This document shows positions 33,148 through 42,135 of a stretch of DNA of 42,287 nt, piece by piece (positions within the stretch are counted from its first letter, which is position 1; the number at the start of each line of letters is the position of its first letter). The DNA is from Armatimonadota bacterium (GTDB taxonomy: Bacteria > Armatimonadota > Hebobacteria > CAIYQO01). The stretch is taken from NCBI GenBank assembly GCA_044344305.1, contig JBIJDE010000002.1, positions 1 to 42,287 of the forward strand. Reading direction: 5' to 3'. Below the pieces are notes generated by a model. It was not told the origin of the DNA, did not search any database, and saw nothing but the letters and a program-made list of their open reading frames with translations. The translations under genes and the position numbers were made by a program.

Positions 33148-33270
33148 TCTCTGCGTAACTCTGTGCTAAACTCTGTGCAACTCTGCGTTTAAGTTAGGAT
33201 ATAGTATGTTGATGGTAGTTTTTTATTTTACCACAGAGAACGCAGAGTTTAACGCAGAGTTACACAGAGG
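33148..33270. repeat. Large imperfect inverted repeat of CTCTG(Y)G words
   Basis: TCTCTGCGTAACTCTGTGCTAAACTCTGTGCAACTCTGCG (33148-33187) opposes CACAGAGAACGCAGAGTTTAACGCAGAGTTACACAGAG (33232-33269). The mismatches are mostly C/T transitions. Confidence 0.65.
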
Positions 33271-33374
33271 ATATCTATCTGGCTTTTTACTATTAAAGCA
33301 ATATTGGGTTGTGGGTGATACCACCTTAGGTTCTTATGCCGTTAGTAACCAAATCCCTTAAAACCTTAAACCCC

Positions 33375-35084
33375 TTAATCCACATACCAGAACCTTCCGG
33401 TCAAAGTTTTAAGAATCTTAATTTTTCCTTTTGTGTCTATATTTACATCTTCAGTAACTGTTGATTTTTCTTCGTGTTTTATATCGTTTTCCAGGTTTTT
33501 TCCGGTGATAGTTACATCATATGTCACTCTGTACCCAACTGGTACTTTTTGTATATTCAACGGACCGATGATAAATTTCACCTGGTCATACATGGCAAAA
33601 CTATTGCGTAGTGTGGTGGTAATATCACCGAGGTCAGTGCCGTCGCCGGCAGTCCAGTTGTCGGAAAGATAACTCAGCAATTTCATTTCATTGCGCGATT
33701 CATAAGCCGCCTTGAATGATTGATAAAATTCATTGATTTTTGTATTTATATTTGGGTCATCACCACCGGGGTTAATTTTTGATTCTTCTTCAAGTTGTTT
33801 TATTTTGGCTAATATTGCATCTCTACGGGTATTGTTAGCCTTATATTCCTCTGATAATCCAAGGTCATTAACAGAAGTATTATCAATTGTTGCACCGACA
33901 GTCATTGTAGGATATGCCGGGTATTTTATTTTTAAGGATTCCATCACTGTTTGCGCTTCTTTCCATTTCTTTTCAGTCAGTAATTTCTCTGCTTTTCCAT
34001 ATTCAACAGCATTTAAATCAAGAGAAGTTCTATGAAATTGTTTGACTGCGGCAATAAATGCATTTTGATTTTCTGCAAGTTTTTCAATCAAGGGAATTAA
34101 ATCGTCAATACCTTTTTCAAGATTGCTTAATTTTCGTAATAAAGCATGATTATTCTGATAATATTCGTCAATATTAACAACTGGTTCTACAGAATCTGGT
34201 AATGCAAACCTTTTTTTTCCATTGTCTAATATTAAGAATGTCCCCATTCCAGGAAAAGTAGTGGAGGAAATAGCACTGTATCCATTACTTAATTGCGGAT
34301 CGAGTTTTTCGCTGGCAATATTTAAGTTATCCAACTGTGTTTCTAACTCGCCAATAGATATTCTGACAGCGTCTGGTGCGATATATGTTTTTAATTGTTC
34401 TTTTAACTCTTTTATCGTCACCTTCATCCCGCGATTCACCCATAGTGCAGTTTCAATTTTAGGCTTCAGATATTCCCCAACGGGTTTGCTGGTAAATTGA
34501 GCACTTAAATTGGCGAGAAGAAACTTTTCTTTATCGACTTTATTAAACTCCCCATTTATTATGTCAGTCACTTTACTTTCTATTACCGTATTTCTCCAGT
34601 CATCATGAGCGCGATACACGGCATTGCGAAGAGTTGCATACTTCTTAATAGCAGTTGTGTAAGTAATTATCTGGTCACACCATGAACGTAATTGTAAAGA
34701 ATCTGCATAGGTGGGGAGATTGTTAACACAATCTTTAACAGAATCAGACTTTGCCGTGATATCAAGATAATGTTTGTTAAGCTGATCCATGATTTTTAAT
34801 GGTGAAGTTTGTTCTGGCGTTTCCGGCATTAATTTTAATGTGCGATTATAGTCATCCCATCGAATTATCTGGTAAAATTGCGGATTGATGGCTAAATCTG
34901 CCCATACACCTTCTTTCTTAATATCTGCATCTAAATCATCAATTAATGGTGCGTATGCAGACCAGTACTTCGAACTCTCGCTATCAATGTTATCTTCATA
35001 TTTTGGTACTTCAATTTGTAACGATTCTTCTGCATCTGCAATATTTCTCACTGCAGGTACAATATTTTCAATATTTTTTATCAA
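33375..35084 (-). CDS. Hypothetical protein (569 aa), largely helical, with a C-terminal NTF2/SnoaL-like domain
   Basis: This is a long uninterrupted ORF. The C-terminal ~120 aa (INEFYQSFKAAYESRNEMKLLSYLSDNWTAGDG...GKIKILKTLTGRFWYVD) fits the NTF2-like pattern (from memory). The start codon is TTG, and no in-frame ATG occurs until about codon 86. No signal peptide is evident. Confidence 0.55.
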   Translation of the reverse strand: MIKNIENIVPAVRNIADAEESLQIEVPKYEDNIDSESSKYWSAYAPLIDDLDADIKKEGVWADLAINPQFYQIIRWDDYNRTLKLMPETPEQTSPLKIMDQLNKHYLDITAKSDSVKDCVNNLPTYADSLQLRSWCDQIITYTTAIKKYATLRNAVYRAHDDWRNTVIESKVTDIINGEFNKVDKEKFLLANLSAQFTSKPVGEYLKPKIETALWVNRGMKVTIKELKEQLKTYIAPDAVRISIGELETQLDNLNIASEKLDPQLSNGYSAISSTTFPGMGTFLILDNGKKRFALPDSVEPVVNIDEYYQNNHALLRKLSNLEKGIDDLIPLIEKLAENQNAFIAAVKQFHRTSLDLNAVEYGKAEKLLTEKKWKEAQTVMESLKIKYPAYPTMTVGATIDNTSVNDLGLSEEYKANNTRRDAILAKIKQLEEESKINPGGDDPNINTKINEFYQSFKAAYESRNEMKLLSYLSDNWTAGDGTDLGDITTTLRNSFAMYDQVKFIIGPLNIQKVPVGYRVTYDVTITGKNLENDIKHEEKSTVTEDVNIDTKGKIKILKTLTGRFWYVD

Positions 35085-35223
35085 TAAATCCCAGGTGAAA
35101 TCGATATGGTTAATCTCTGAAATTTGCTTGCAAATTGCCTGATGACTAAGCTGTTTATTTAAATAATTGCAACATAAAATCCAATTATAAAAAAATAAAT
35201 TACTACATTTGTATTAAAAAACA

Positions 35224-35252
35224 TTGACAGTTATCGCTGTAATAAATAGAAT
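35224..35252 (+). promoter_or_regulatory. Near-consensus sigma70 promoter for the secreted hydrolase gene
   Basis: TTGACA (35224-35229), 17-nt spacer, TAGAAT (35247-35252). AAGGA lies at 35277-35281 and the ATG at 35290. Confidence 0.55.
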
Positions 35253-35289
35253 AACTTGATTTTGAAATTTTGTCGTAAGGAATATCGTT

Positions 35290-38200
35290 ATGAAATCAAT
35301 TATCAGTTCATCTTTGCGTATTTTGACATTTTGCCTTTTATTGGCATTTGTCACTATTAGTGCGCTGTCCTTTTCTTTTAAAAATGCCGAACAAACCTTT
35401 GGGATTGAAGCGGATAAAGTAGCAAAAAGCTACACTGTTCAACAGATTTCCTGTAGTGCCAAGGCAAATGTATTTTGGCCTGGTGATGCTGTCAGTTTTA
35501 AATTACAGTTTGTTAACAAGACTGACCAGGCATTGAAAGCTGCAGGGAAAGTGGGAATTATTAATTACTCCACCACCTGTGACCCGTATGACGGTTGGCA
35601 GCAATACTCACATAAAATTGCCGACTGTGGCAGTGTGCCGGTAACGATGGATATCGCAGCTAAGGGATATGCTGATATTGAAATTAAATCAGTGTTGCCA
35701 AAGCGATTTGGCGCGTATGCTCTGGTTGCGGATATTCCTGGTCAGGGACGATGCTTTATCACCACTTTCCTTTATACTCCAAAGGCTACACCGGGTAAGG
35801 TACAAAACCCAACCTACGCTCTTGATTTACGCGAATACACCCCGGAGATGTGCGGATTATGGCAGCGAATAGGCATTAAAGGAACCCGCAATGAATGGGG
35901 ATATCGTCAGACCAAAGATGGTGGTCTGGAAAGAATGATGACTGAGTTGGGCGATAACTGCAAGACAATGGCAGATAATGATATCACCGCCATGCTTTGC
36001 ATTGAAGGTGGCGACTATAGCACTATGCCATTGGGTACTATCCGTTCATTGCTTAATGACAAAGACGAAGGCAAAATGGATTATCCCGGCGATTTTGTAT
36101 GGCAACCGAAATATGATGAGGATTTTCAGAAATGGACCACTGCAATTTGCAGCACCTATGGTTGGCCTAAAGGCCCGATTAATGCTGTAGAATTATGGAA
36201 TGAACCGTGGGAAGGTTCGTCTATCTCCGGTTGGGGTGCCGACTTGCCGCGTTACCGCGAGTTATATACAAAAATGGCATTAGGCGTACTTGATGCACGT
36301 GAAAAAGAAAAAGTTAAAGTACTCATCGGTGGAACTTGTTCGTCTATGAATACTGAAGATAAACTGTTTGGCGATGGTAAAGATACCTTTCTGCCATGGC
36401 TTGATTTTACCAGTATTCATTACCAGCCAATGGGTAATGTGCCGGCCATTATCCCATCATGGGTAAACCGTAAGAGCGAATTTGGCGCGGTGCAGCCATG
36501 GGATACCGAAAGCTGGGTTGCCAACTCTGAGGATCGAGTGGCCGCAATCATCGCATCCATGCGTGCCCAGGGTCTGAAACGCACTGCTGGTGTTTTACAC
36601 GATGCCGTGCGCGATACAACCGATATCACCATTCGCACCGCGACAGGCAATAAACGCCAGCACGTGGTAGTACCTTATGCTTGCGGTGCGGGTATTGCCG
36701 CATGTCAGGCTTTCATCGGTGAACGCGATTTTAAAGAAATACTCTTTAAAAATGGCCTTCCCTGGGTGTTTGTATTTGACGGATTACCAGGGAAAGATGG
36801 AAAGAAAAATCCAGATGACGGCACTGTGGTATTAGTCGGTGACCTGGCGGCTGATTATTATTACGAAAAAGGAATAGTGAAGTTTGAAGCAATTCGCGGC
36901 ATGACTACTGTCAAATCAGTTGAAGCATTAAACGCACAGCTTGCAGCATTGCCCGCAGATGCAACGACTACAGCAAAGGCTGATATTCAAGCTAAAATCA
37001 AGGCTGCACGTGAATTAACCGGAGCAACATTTGCTTTGAAAAACAACAGCGTATTCATTTTGTACGACTATAATGGCAACCAAATGCCGGCAGCAAAAGG
37101 AAAACTAACGGTACCGTTAACTATGAGCGCGTATTTTCTGCGCACTAATGGCAAACGCGGAACCTTTGCCAAACTGATAAAAGCAATCACCACCGCGCGC
37201 ATTGATGGCTATCAGCCGGTAGAGATAAAAGCCCATGATATGACAGCGAGATTGAACAAACAGCCAAATGTTCAGTTGACATTAACAAATATACTCAATC
37301 GTCCAGTGATTGGAACATTAACCGCAAAACTTGGTGCGTTAACGCTGAATATACCGACACAAACCGTAAAACTGAATGGCAACGAAACGAAAACTATTGC
37401 TATTCAGATAACGGGTGGTAACGCAAGTGCTGACAACGTCTATCCGCTGTCAGTGCGTTTTGATGCTGGAAAAGATGGATATACAACACTTAATGAAAAC
37501 ATGCATGTTAATGTGATTTGTCAAAAGACCATCACTGTTGACGGAAAGTTGGATGATTGGAATGATGTATTACCGCAAATAGTCAAGGGTAAGGGCAGCG
37601 GTCCAAACCTTACTGAAAAAGCCTGGCTGCCATTTGTGCAGTTCCCTGATAAGAGTGGAATCGGGCTTACCGTTGCTTATCTCGCTTACGACGCTAATAA
37701 TTTCTACTTTGCAGCAAAGGTAGCAGATAGCACACCCAACGGTGGAGAACTTCGCTACAGCACCCGCGATGACGACCAATATTACTACCCGGAAAAATCA
37801 TACCGATCAACCGATACCAAGCATGAAAAACCGCTGGTTTGGCCACAGGATGTGCGTAGATTCTCTTACCGCAAAAACCCGGATATCCCTATGAGTGACG
37901 ACGGTATACAGATTGCATTTAACGTATTGCCAACAGACAAAAAAGATATGATTGAATATCCACCGGGAACTATGCCGCAATTCCAGGTATATAAAGATAC
38001 AGATTACGAATATTACCTGCACGCAGTTGGCAATAAATGGTTCGGTGGTACAGAAATATGGCGATTATTGGCACCGGGCGTACCACGCAAGCATTTCTAC
38101 CCACGCCAACCAAAGGCCGACAAAGATGGCGGGCCAGTAGAAAACGGAAAATTAGCAGTAATCCAGGGGGATACCACACGTATCGTTGAATGCGCACTGC

Positions 38201-38400
38201 CATGGTCGGAAATACCAGATGTCAAATCAGCGTTGGACAGCGGGAAAAATATAAAATTCACCTTCCGCGTCACCGACGACAAAGGCCCAAGTTACGAGAT
38301 GGTCGCCGATCGTAGCCTATCAAAACACAACGCGTTGACTTTCCACCCACTATGGGAAACCCACTGGTCAAACGAAGTAGAATTCGCTTTTGAAAAGTGA
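35290..38400 (+). CDS. Secreted multidomain protein: Ig-like domain, clan GH-A-like TIM-barrel hydrolase, CBM9/DOMON-like C-terminal domain
   Basis: Signal peptide MKSIISSSLRILTFCLLLAFVTISALSFS. VELWNEPWEG is an NEP acid/base-type motif and PWDTESW is a nucleophile-type Glu. The C-terminal DGKLDDWNDV...AYLAYDANNFYFAAKVADSTP resembles CBM9-like modules. The family is not identified. Confidence 0.75.
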   Translation: MKSIISSSLRILTFCLLLAFVTISALSFSFKNAEQTFGIEADKVAKSYTVQQISCSAKANVFWPGDAVSFKLQFVNKTDQALKAAGKVGIINYSTTCDPYDGWQQYSHKIADCGSVPVTMDIAAKGYADIEIKSVLPKRFGAYALVADIPGQGRCFITTFLYTPKATPGKVQNPTYALDLREYTPEMCGLWQRIGIKGTRNEWGYRQTKDGGLERMMTELGDNCKTMADNDITAMLCIEGGDYSTMPLGTIRSLLNDKDEGKMDYPGDFVWQPKYDEDFQKWTTAICSTYGWPKGPINAVELWNEPWEGSSISGWGADLPRYRELYTKMALGVLDAREKEKVKVLIGGTCSSMNTEDKLFGDGKDTFLPWLDFTSIHYQPMGNVPAIIPSWVNRKSEFGAVQPWDTESWVANSEDRVAAIIASMRAQGLKRTAGVLHDAVRDTTDITIRTATGNKRQHVVVPYACGAGIAACQAFIGERDFKEILFKNGLPWVFVFDGLPGKDGKKNPDDGTVVLVGDLAADYYYEKGIVKFEAIRGMTTVKSVEALNAQLAALPADATTTAKADIQAKIKAARELTGATFALKNNSVFILYDYNGNQMPAAKGKLTVPLTMSAYFLRTNGKRGTFAKLIKAITTARIDGYQPVEIKAHDMTARLNKQPNVQLTLTNILNRPVIGTLTAKLGALTLNIPTQTVKLNGNETKTIAIQITGGNASADNVYPLSVRFDAGKDGYTTLNENMHVNVICQKTITVDGKLDDWNDVLPQIVKGKGSGPNLTEKAWLPFVQFPDKSGIGLTVAYLAYDANNFYFAAKVADSTPNGGELRYSTRDDDQYYYPEKSYRSTDTKHEKPLVWPQDVRRFSYRKNPDIPMSDDGIQIAFNVLPTDKKDMIEYPPGTMPQFQVYKDTDYEYYLHAVGNKWFGGTEIWRLLAPGVPRKHFYPRQPKADKDGGPVENGKLAVIQGDTTRIVECALPWSEIPDVKSALDSGKNIKFTFRVTDDKGPSYEMVADRSLSKHNALTFHPLWETHWSNEVEFAFEK

Positions 38401-38418
38401 TAAGGGGGACATAGTATA

Positions 38419-38458
38419 ACAATTAAATGGCAGGCAGAAATGTCTGCCATTTAATTGT
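38419..38458 (+). terminator. Stem-loop terminator candidate after the hydrolase gene
   Basis: ACAATTAAATGGCAGGCA, GAAA tetraloop, TGTCTGCCATTTAATTGT (18-bp stem with one G-T), followed by TGTTGTT. It lies 19 nt after the stop codon. Confidence 0.6.
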
Positions 38459-38477
38459 TGTTAGGGTTTATACCTAA

Positions 38478-38691
38478 CCCAAATAAATTGGACAAGTGTT
38501 AAGTGTTAAGTGTTAAGTGTTAAGTGTTAAGTGTTAAGTGTTAAGTGTTAAGTTTTCAGTTTTCATAAGTCGTTAGCAAAAACGAAATCAACAAAATCTA
38601 AAATTCGTAATTCGTAATTCGTAATTTCACTCTTCACTCTTCACTCTTCACTCTTCACTCTTCTCTCTTCTCTCTTCTCTCTTCTCTCTTC
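38478..38691. repeat. Largest heptamer-repeat block in the window
   Basis: The block reads CCCAAATAAATTGGACAAG (inverted CTTGTCC box), then (GTGTTAA)x8 at 38496-38551 and (GTTTTCA)x2 at 38552-38565. It continues with (AATTCGT)x3 at 38602-38622, (ACTCTTC)x5 at 38629-38663 and (TCTCTTC)x4 at 38664-38691. It ends 2 nt from the argJ stop. Confidence 0.95.
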
Positions 38692-38693
38692 AA

Positions 38694-39902
38694 TCACGTT
38701 GTATAATCCGCGTTAATCTTTACATAATCATACGAGAAGTCGCAGGTCCACACGGTGGCTTCAAATGCGCCTTCGCCGAGGGTTAGTAGGATTTTTACTT
38801 CTTTTGTTTTCATCGCTTGTATTGCGGCGTGTTTGTCGAATTCTATCGGTTGGCCATTTCTGACTACAGGAGTGCCGGCGAAATCAAGGTCTACGTGATA
38901 CTGGTCAAAATATACTCCGGCGCGACCGGCGGCGGCTAATACACGTCCCCAATTTGGATCATTTCCAAAAATTGCAGTTTTCACTAAGGGAGAGTTTGCT
39001 ATAGTGCGGGCAATTATCGCGGCTCCCTTGCTGTCTGCCGCGCCTGCCACTGTAATTTCTACTAATTTCGTCGCGCCTTCGCCGTCGCGGGCAATCATTT
39101 TTGCCAGTTCTGACGCTAATTTCAACAAAGCATCTTCAAATATTGCCAAGTCCTGGGTACCTGGTTCCAGACGAACGTTAGTAACGCCGCTGGCCAGCAT
39201 CAGCACTGTATCATTTGTCGAGGTGTCGCCATCTACGGTAACGCAGTTATAGGTGCGGTCTACCACGCGACTGAGAATATTTTGCAGGACATCCGGGTCG
39301 ATTTGCGCGTCAGTGGTGATGACTGAAAGCATGGTAGCCATATTTGGCGCAATCATTCCACTGCCTTTCGCCACACCGCCAATTTTCACGATCCCACCGC
39401 TGGTGTTTAATGTAATAGATACTTCCTTGGGGTGGGTATCGGTGGTCATTATCGCCAACGCGGCGTCATGACCACCATTTGCCGATAATGCGCGATATGC
39501 TGTACCAATGCCGTTTTTAATTTTATCCATTGGCAATTGCCGACCAATGACGCCGGTAGAACAAACTAATACCAACTCTGCGGATATTCCAATATTTTCT
39601 GCGGCGGTTTGCGCCATTTCAACACATTTATGCATGCCTTCGTCGCCGGTACAAGCATTTGCCACGCCACTATTAATAACTATCGCCTGTGCCTGTCCAC
39701 TTTTTACAATATTTTGCGAGTATATCACCGGCGCAGCCTTGACGTTATTTTTAGTAAATACCCCGGCGGAAGCGCAAACGCGGTCGGCCAACAGCAGCAT
39801 AATATCGCGACTGTCATCCTTAATACCGCAAGAAATCCCCGCCGCCCGAAAACCAGCAGGAAAAGTTAAAGCATTTTCAGCACCTATGTGAATGTTAGAC
39901 AT
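38694..39902 (-). CDS. argJ: Bifunctional ornithine acetyltransferase / N-acetylglutamate synthase
   Basis: Full-length ArgJ pattern: FRAAGISCGIK, ITTDT, self-cleavage region KGSGMIAPNMATMLSVITTDA, GDTSTNDTV, NDPNWGRV, and a C-terminal INADYTT. Confidence 0.93.
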   Translation of the reverse strand: MSNIHIGAENALTFPAGFRAAGISCGIKDDSRDIMLLLADRVCASAGVFTKNNVKAAPVIYSQNIVKSGQAQAIVINSGVANACTGDEGMHKCVEMAQTAAENIGISAELVLVCSTGVIGRQLPMDKIKNGIGTAYRALSANGGHDAALAIMTTDTHPKEVSITLNTSGGIVKIGGVAKGSGMIAPNMATMLSVITTDAQIDPDVLQNILSRVVDRTYNCVTVDGDTSTNDTVLMLASGVTNVRLEPGTQDLAIFEDALLKLASELAKMIARDGEGATKLVEITVAGAADSKGAAIIARTIANSPLVKTAIFGNDPNWGRVLAAAGRAGVYFDQYHVDLDFAGTPVVRNGQPIEFDKHAAIQAMKTKEVKILLTLGEGAFEATVWTCDFSYDYVKINADYTT

Positions 39903-39926
39903 AAAAACCCCTGGGGAATAATTAAT

Positions 39927-40024
39927 AATTAAAAATTAAAAATTAAAAATTATTTCACTTCAGATTGGGAGATAAAATAATCATAACTCATAATTTTTAA
40001 TTTTTAATTATCAATTTTTAATTA
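39927..40024. repeat. A/T-only heptamer arrays in inverted orientation between argC and argJ
   Basis: (AATTAAA)x3-4 at 39927-39954 opposes TAATTTTTAATTTTTAATTATCAATTTTTAATTATC at 39990-40024. The palindrome CCCCTGGGG lies at 39908-39916, next to the argJ start. Confidence 0.85.
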
Positions 40025-41077
40025 TCACGGAAATACGCTTACTCTGTTCAGTCCGGCAGTTTCGTCGAGCCCGAACATTAGATTCATATTCTGTACGGCC
40101 TGGCTTGCCATACCTTTGCCAAGGTTATCAATAGCGGAGCATAGCACTGCGCGGCCGGTGCGTTCATCTACTCGTGCGGTTATGAAGGCGTTGTTACTGC
40201 CGCTACACCATTTAGTATGGGGCAGATGATTTTCATCAAGCACTTTCACAAAAGGCGAGTCTTTATATGTTTCTGTTAATATTCCTATCAATTCGGCAGT
40301 GGAAATATCTTTTGTCAGTTCAGCATAAATGGTCGAATGAATGCCGCGGGTCATGGGGACAAGATGCGGGGTGAAAGTAATTACTGCCTCGCCAACGCCA
40401 ACGCCAGTCATTTGCTGTTCAATCTCCGGGGTATGACGATGAGTACCGATTCCATACGCACAAAAATCTTCGTTTGCTTCCGCGTATAAATATGGCGTTT
40501 TCAAAGCTGTTCGACCAGCCCCGCTAACACCAGATTTACTATCCGCTATTATACCGGATGGCTTAATCATCTTTGCTTTTAATAATGGCACTGTTGCCAG
40601 CAGAATTGATGTCGGGTAACAGCCGGGATTACCTATTACCTGTGCCTGTATAATTTCATCGCGATATAATTCCGGCAAACCGTAGACTGCTTCACTCAGC
40701 AATTTAGGACAGGTATGCTGCATTTTATAGAACTTTTCGTAAATCGCCTGGTTTTTCAATCGAAAATCTGCTCCCAGATCGATTACCTTCACACCACGTT
40801 CCACCAGTTGGGGGGCAATCTTCATGGTCTCGCCATTTGGCAATGCAAAAAATACTACCTGCGGGTCGCCAATAGCCTGAGCATCGCATGCATGTGACAG
40901 CGTTAGGCCTGTTCCGCTTAATTGTGGATGTACCGACTCTAATGGCATACCAGCAGAGCTTTCAGATGAAACAGCAGTGATGGTAACATTCGGGTGAGGC
41001 AACAGCCATCTTAATAACTCAACGCCACCATAACCGGTGGCGCCTAAAATTGCGACTCTAATTTTATCTGTATTCAT
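40025..41077 (-). CDS. argC: N-acetyl-gamma-glutamyl-phosphate reductase
   Basis: N-terminal Rossmann motif VAILGATGYGG. Active-site block IGNPGCYPTS. C-terminal IDNLGKGMASQAVQNMNLMFG. Confidence 0.93.
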   Translation of the reverse strand: MNTDKIRVAILGATGYGGVELLRWLLPHPNVTITAVSSESSAGMPLESVHPQLSGTGLTLSHACDAQAIGDPQVVFFALPNGETMKIAPQLVERGVKVIDLGADFRLKNQAIYEKFYKMQHTCPKLLSEAVYGLPELYRDEIIQAQVIGNPGCYPTSILLATVPLLKAKMIKPSGIIADSKSGVSGAGRTALKTPYLYAEANEDFCAYGIGTHRHTPEIEQQMTGVGVGEAVITFTPHLVPMTRGIHSTIYAELTKDISTAELIGILTETYKDSPFVKVLDENHLPHTKWCSGSNNAFITARVDERTGRAVLCSAIDNLGKGMASQAVQNMNLMFGLDETAGLNRVSVFP

Positions 41078-41091
41078 ATTTTCTCACTTTC

Positions 41092-42135
41092 TTATCTTCG
41101 AGCCCAGGCTAACTTGTTCCAATATGGCGATTTTTCACTTATCTTGTCAATTCCAACTTTTCCGCGGTTTGATGATGCGTGAATAAATTGTCCGTTACCG
41201 ATATATATTCCAGTGTGACCTATAATATTTGATGTCGAACTTTTATAAAAATATAAACGGTCGCCAGGCTGTAAATCAGCAAATTCTACAGTTTCTCCAA
41301 CTTTCGATTGTTCTGCTGCTGTGCGTGGAAGCTTAATGCCATATTTCGAGAATACAGTTTGCACCAGCAATGAGCAATCAACATTATTTGGTAATTTACC
41401 ACCTAATCGGTATGGAATTCCTAAATATTTCATCGATTCGTTTACAATATCAGCTTGTCCCGGTTGTTCGATTATATTATCAACTGATGGTTCCGGTGAC
41501 TGGATAATAGCACTACGCGGTATAATACGACGTTCATTAGTCAACTCGATGGATAGTTGTTGAATCCACCCGGTGCTGCCATCTGCCATAGCGACGCCAT
41601 AATAATTGTCGATAGTGTCAGTTACCAACAACTCGGTCCCGCGAATGGTACGACTAAACAAAACGCGTCCTGCTCCCGGTTCACTGCGAATCTCTGCGAC
41701 GTCAACACTCACTTTTCCGATGACGCCAATTATCCCATTTTCTTCTTGTGGTTGTATCTGCACTTGCGGTTGAGGCTGCGGCTGCGGTTGCGGTTTAGGT
41801 TGTGGTTGCAAATAATTATTCATTTGTACATTACCTGCCGCCCCGCCCAGCATAACATCATCTGACTTTGGCACAACCACCATAGTCTGAGGAATAATCG
41901 GTACCCGCATCATATCACCAGGGTGCAATTCGTCAGTATTCAGGTTTTTATTAAAAGCAGCTAACTTCTGCACTGTAGTATGAAACTTCTCCGCAATAAC
42001 CGCCAAATCCTCACCAGCTTTAATCACATAAGCCTGATAATCGTCCTGGCTATACGTTGCCCCCGCCAGCATAATAAATGCTGCCAGCAATACCGATAGC
42101 CGTATTAATTGTTTTAACACTGTCTGCATATACAT
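41092..42135 (-). CDS. Secreted peptidoglycan endopeptidase (LysM-PQ linker-SH3-NlpC/P60)
   Basis: Signal peptide MQTVLKQLIRLSVLLAAFIMLAGA. LysM block YVIKAGEDLAVIAEKFHTTVQKLAAFN. PQ-rich linker. SH3-like block (GKVSVDVAEIRSEPG...GSTGWIQ). NlpC/P60 catalytic Cys and His (NNVDCSLLVQTVF, IGHTGIYIGNGQFIHAS). I prefer ATG 42135 or 42129 to the GTG at 42192 used by the ORF track. Confidence 0.85.
   Translation of the reverse strand: MYMQTVLKQLIRLSVLLAAFIMLAGATYSQDDYQAYVIKAGEDLAVIAEKFHTTVQKLAAFNKNLNTDELHPGDMMRVPIIPQTMVVVPKSDDVMLGGAAGNVQMNNYLQPQPKPQPQPQPQPQVQIQPQEENGIIGVIGKVSVDVAEIRSEPGAGRVLFSRTIRGTELLVTDTIDNYYGVAMADGSTGWIQQLSIELTNERRIIPRSAIIQSPEPSVDNIIEQPGQADIVNESMKYLGIPYRLGGKLPNNVDCSLLVQTVFSKYGIKLPRTAAEQSKVGETVEFADLQPGDRLYFYKSSTSNIIGHTGIYIGNGQFIHASSNRGKVGIDKISEKSPYWNKLAWARR

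Noticed and set aside
38496-38691. Possible CRISPR array
   Set aside because: The repeats are 7 nt long, strictly tandem and have no spacers. No cas genes are present. This is heptamer microsatellite-like DNA, not CRISPR.
41755-41815. GGTTGNGGCTGCGG-type low-complexity DNA
   Set aside because: It encodes the PQ-rich linker (PQPKPQPQPQPQPQVQIQPQ) of the LysM-NlpC/P60 protein. Such a flexible linker is common in cell-wall hydrolases.
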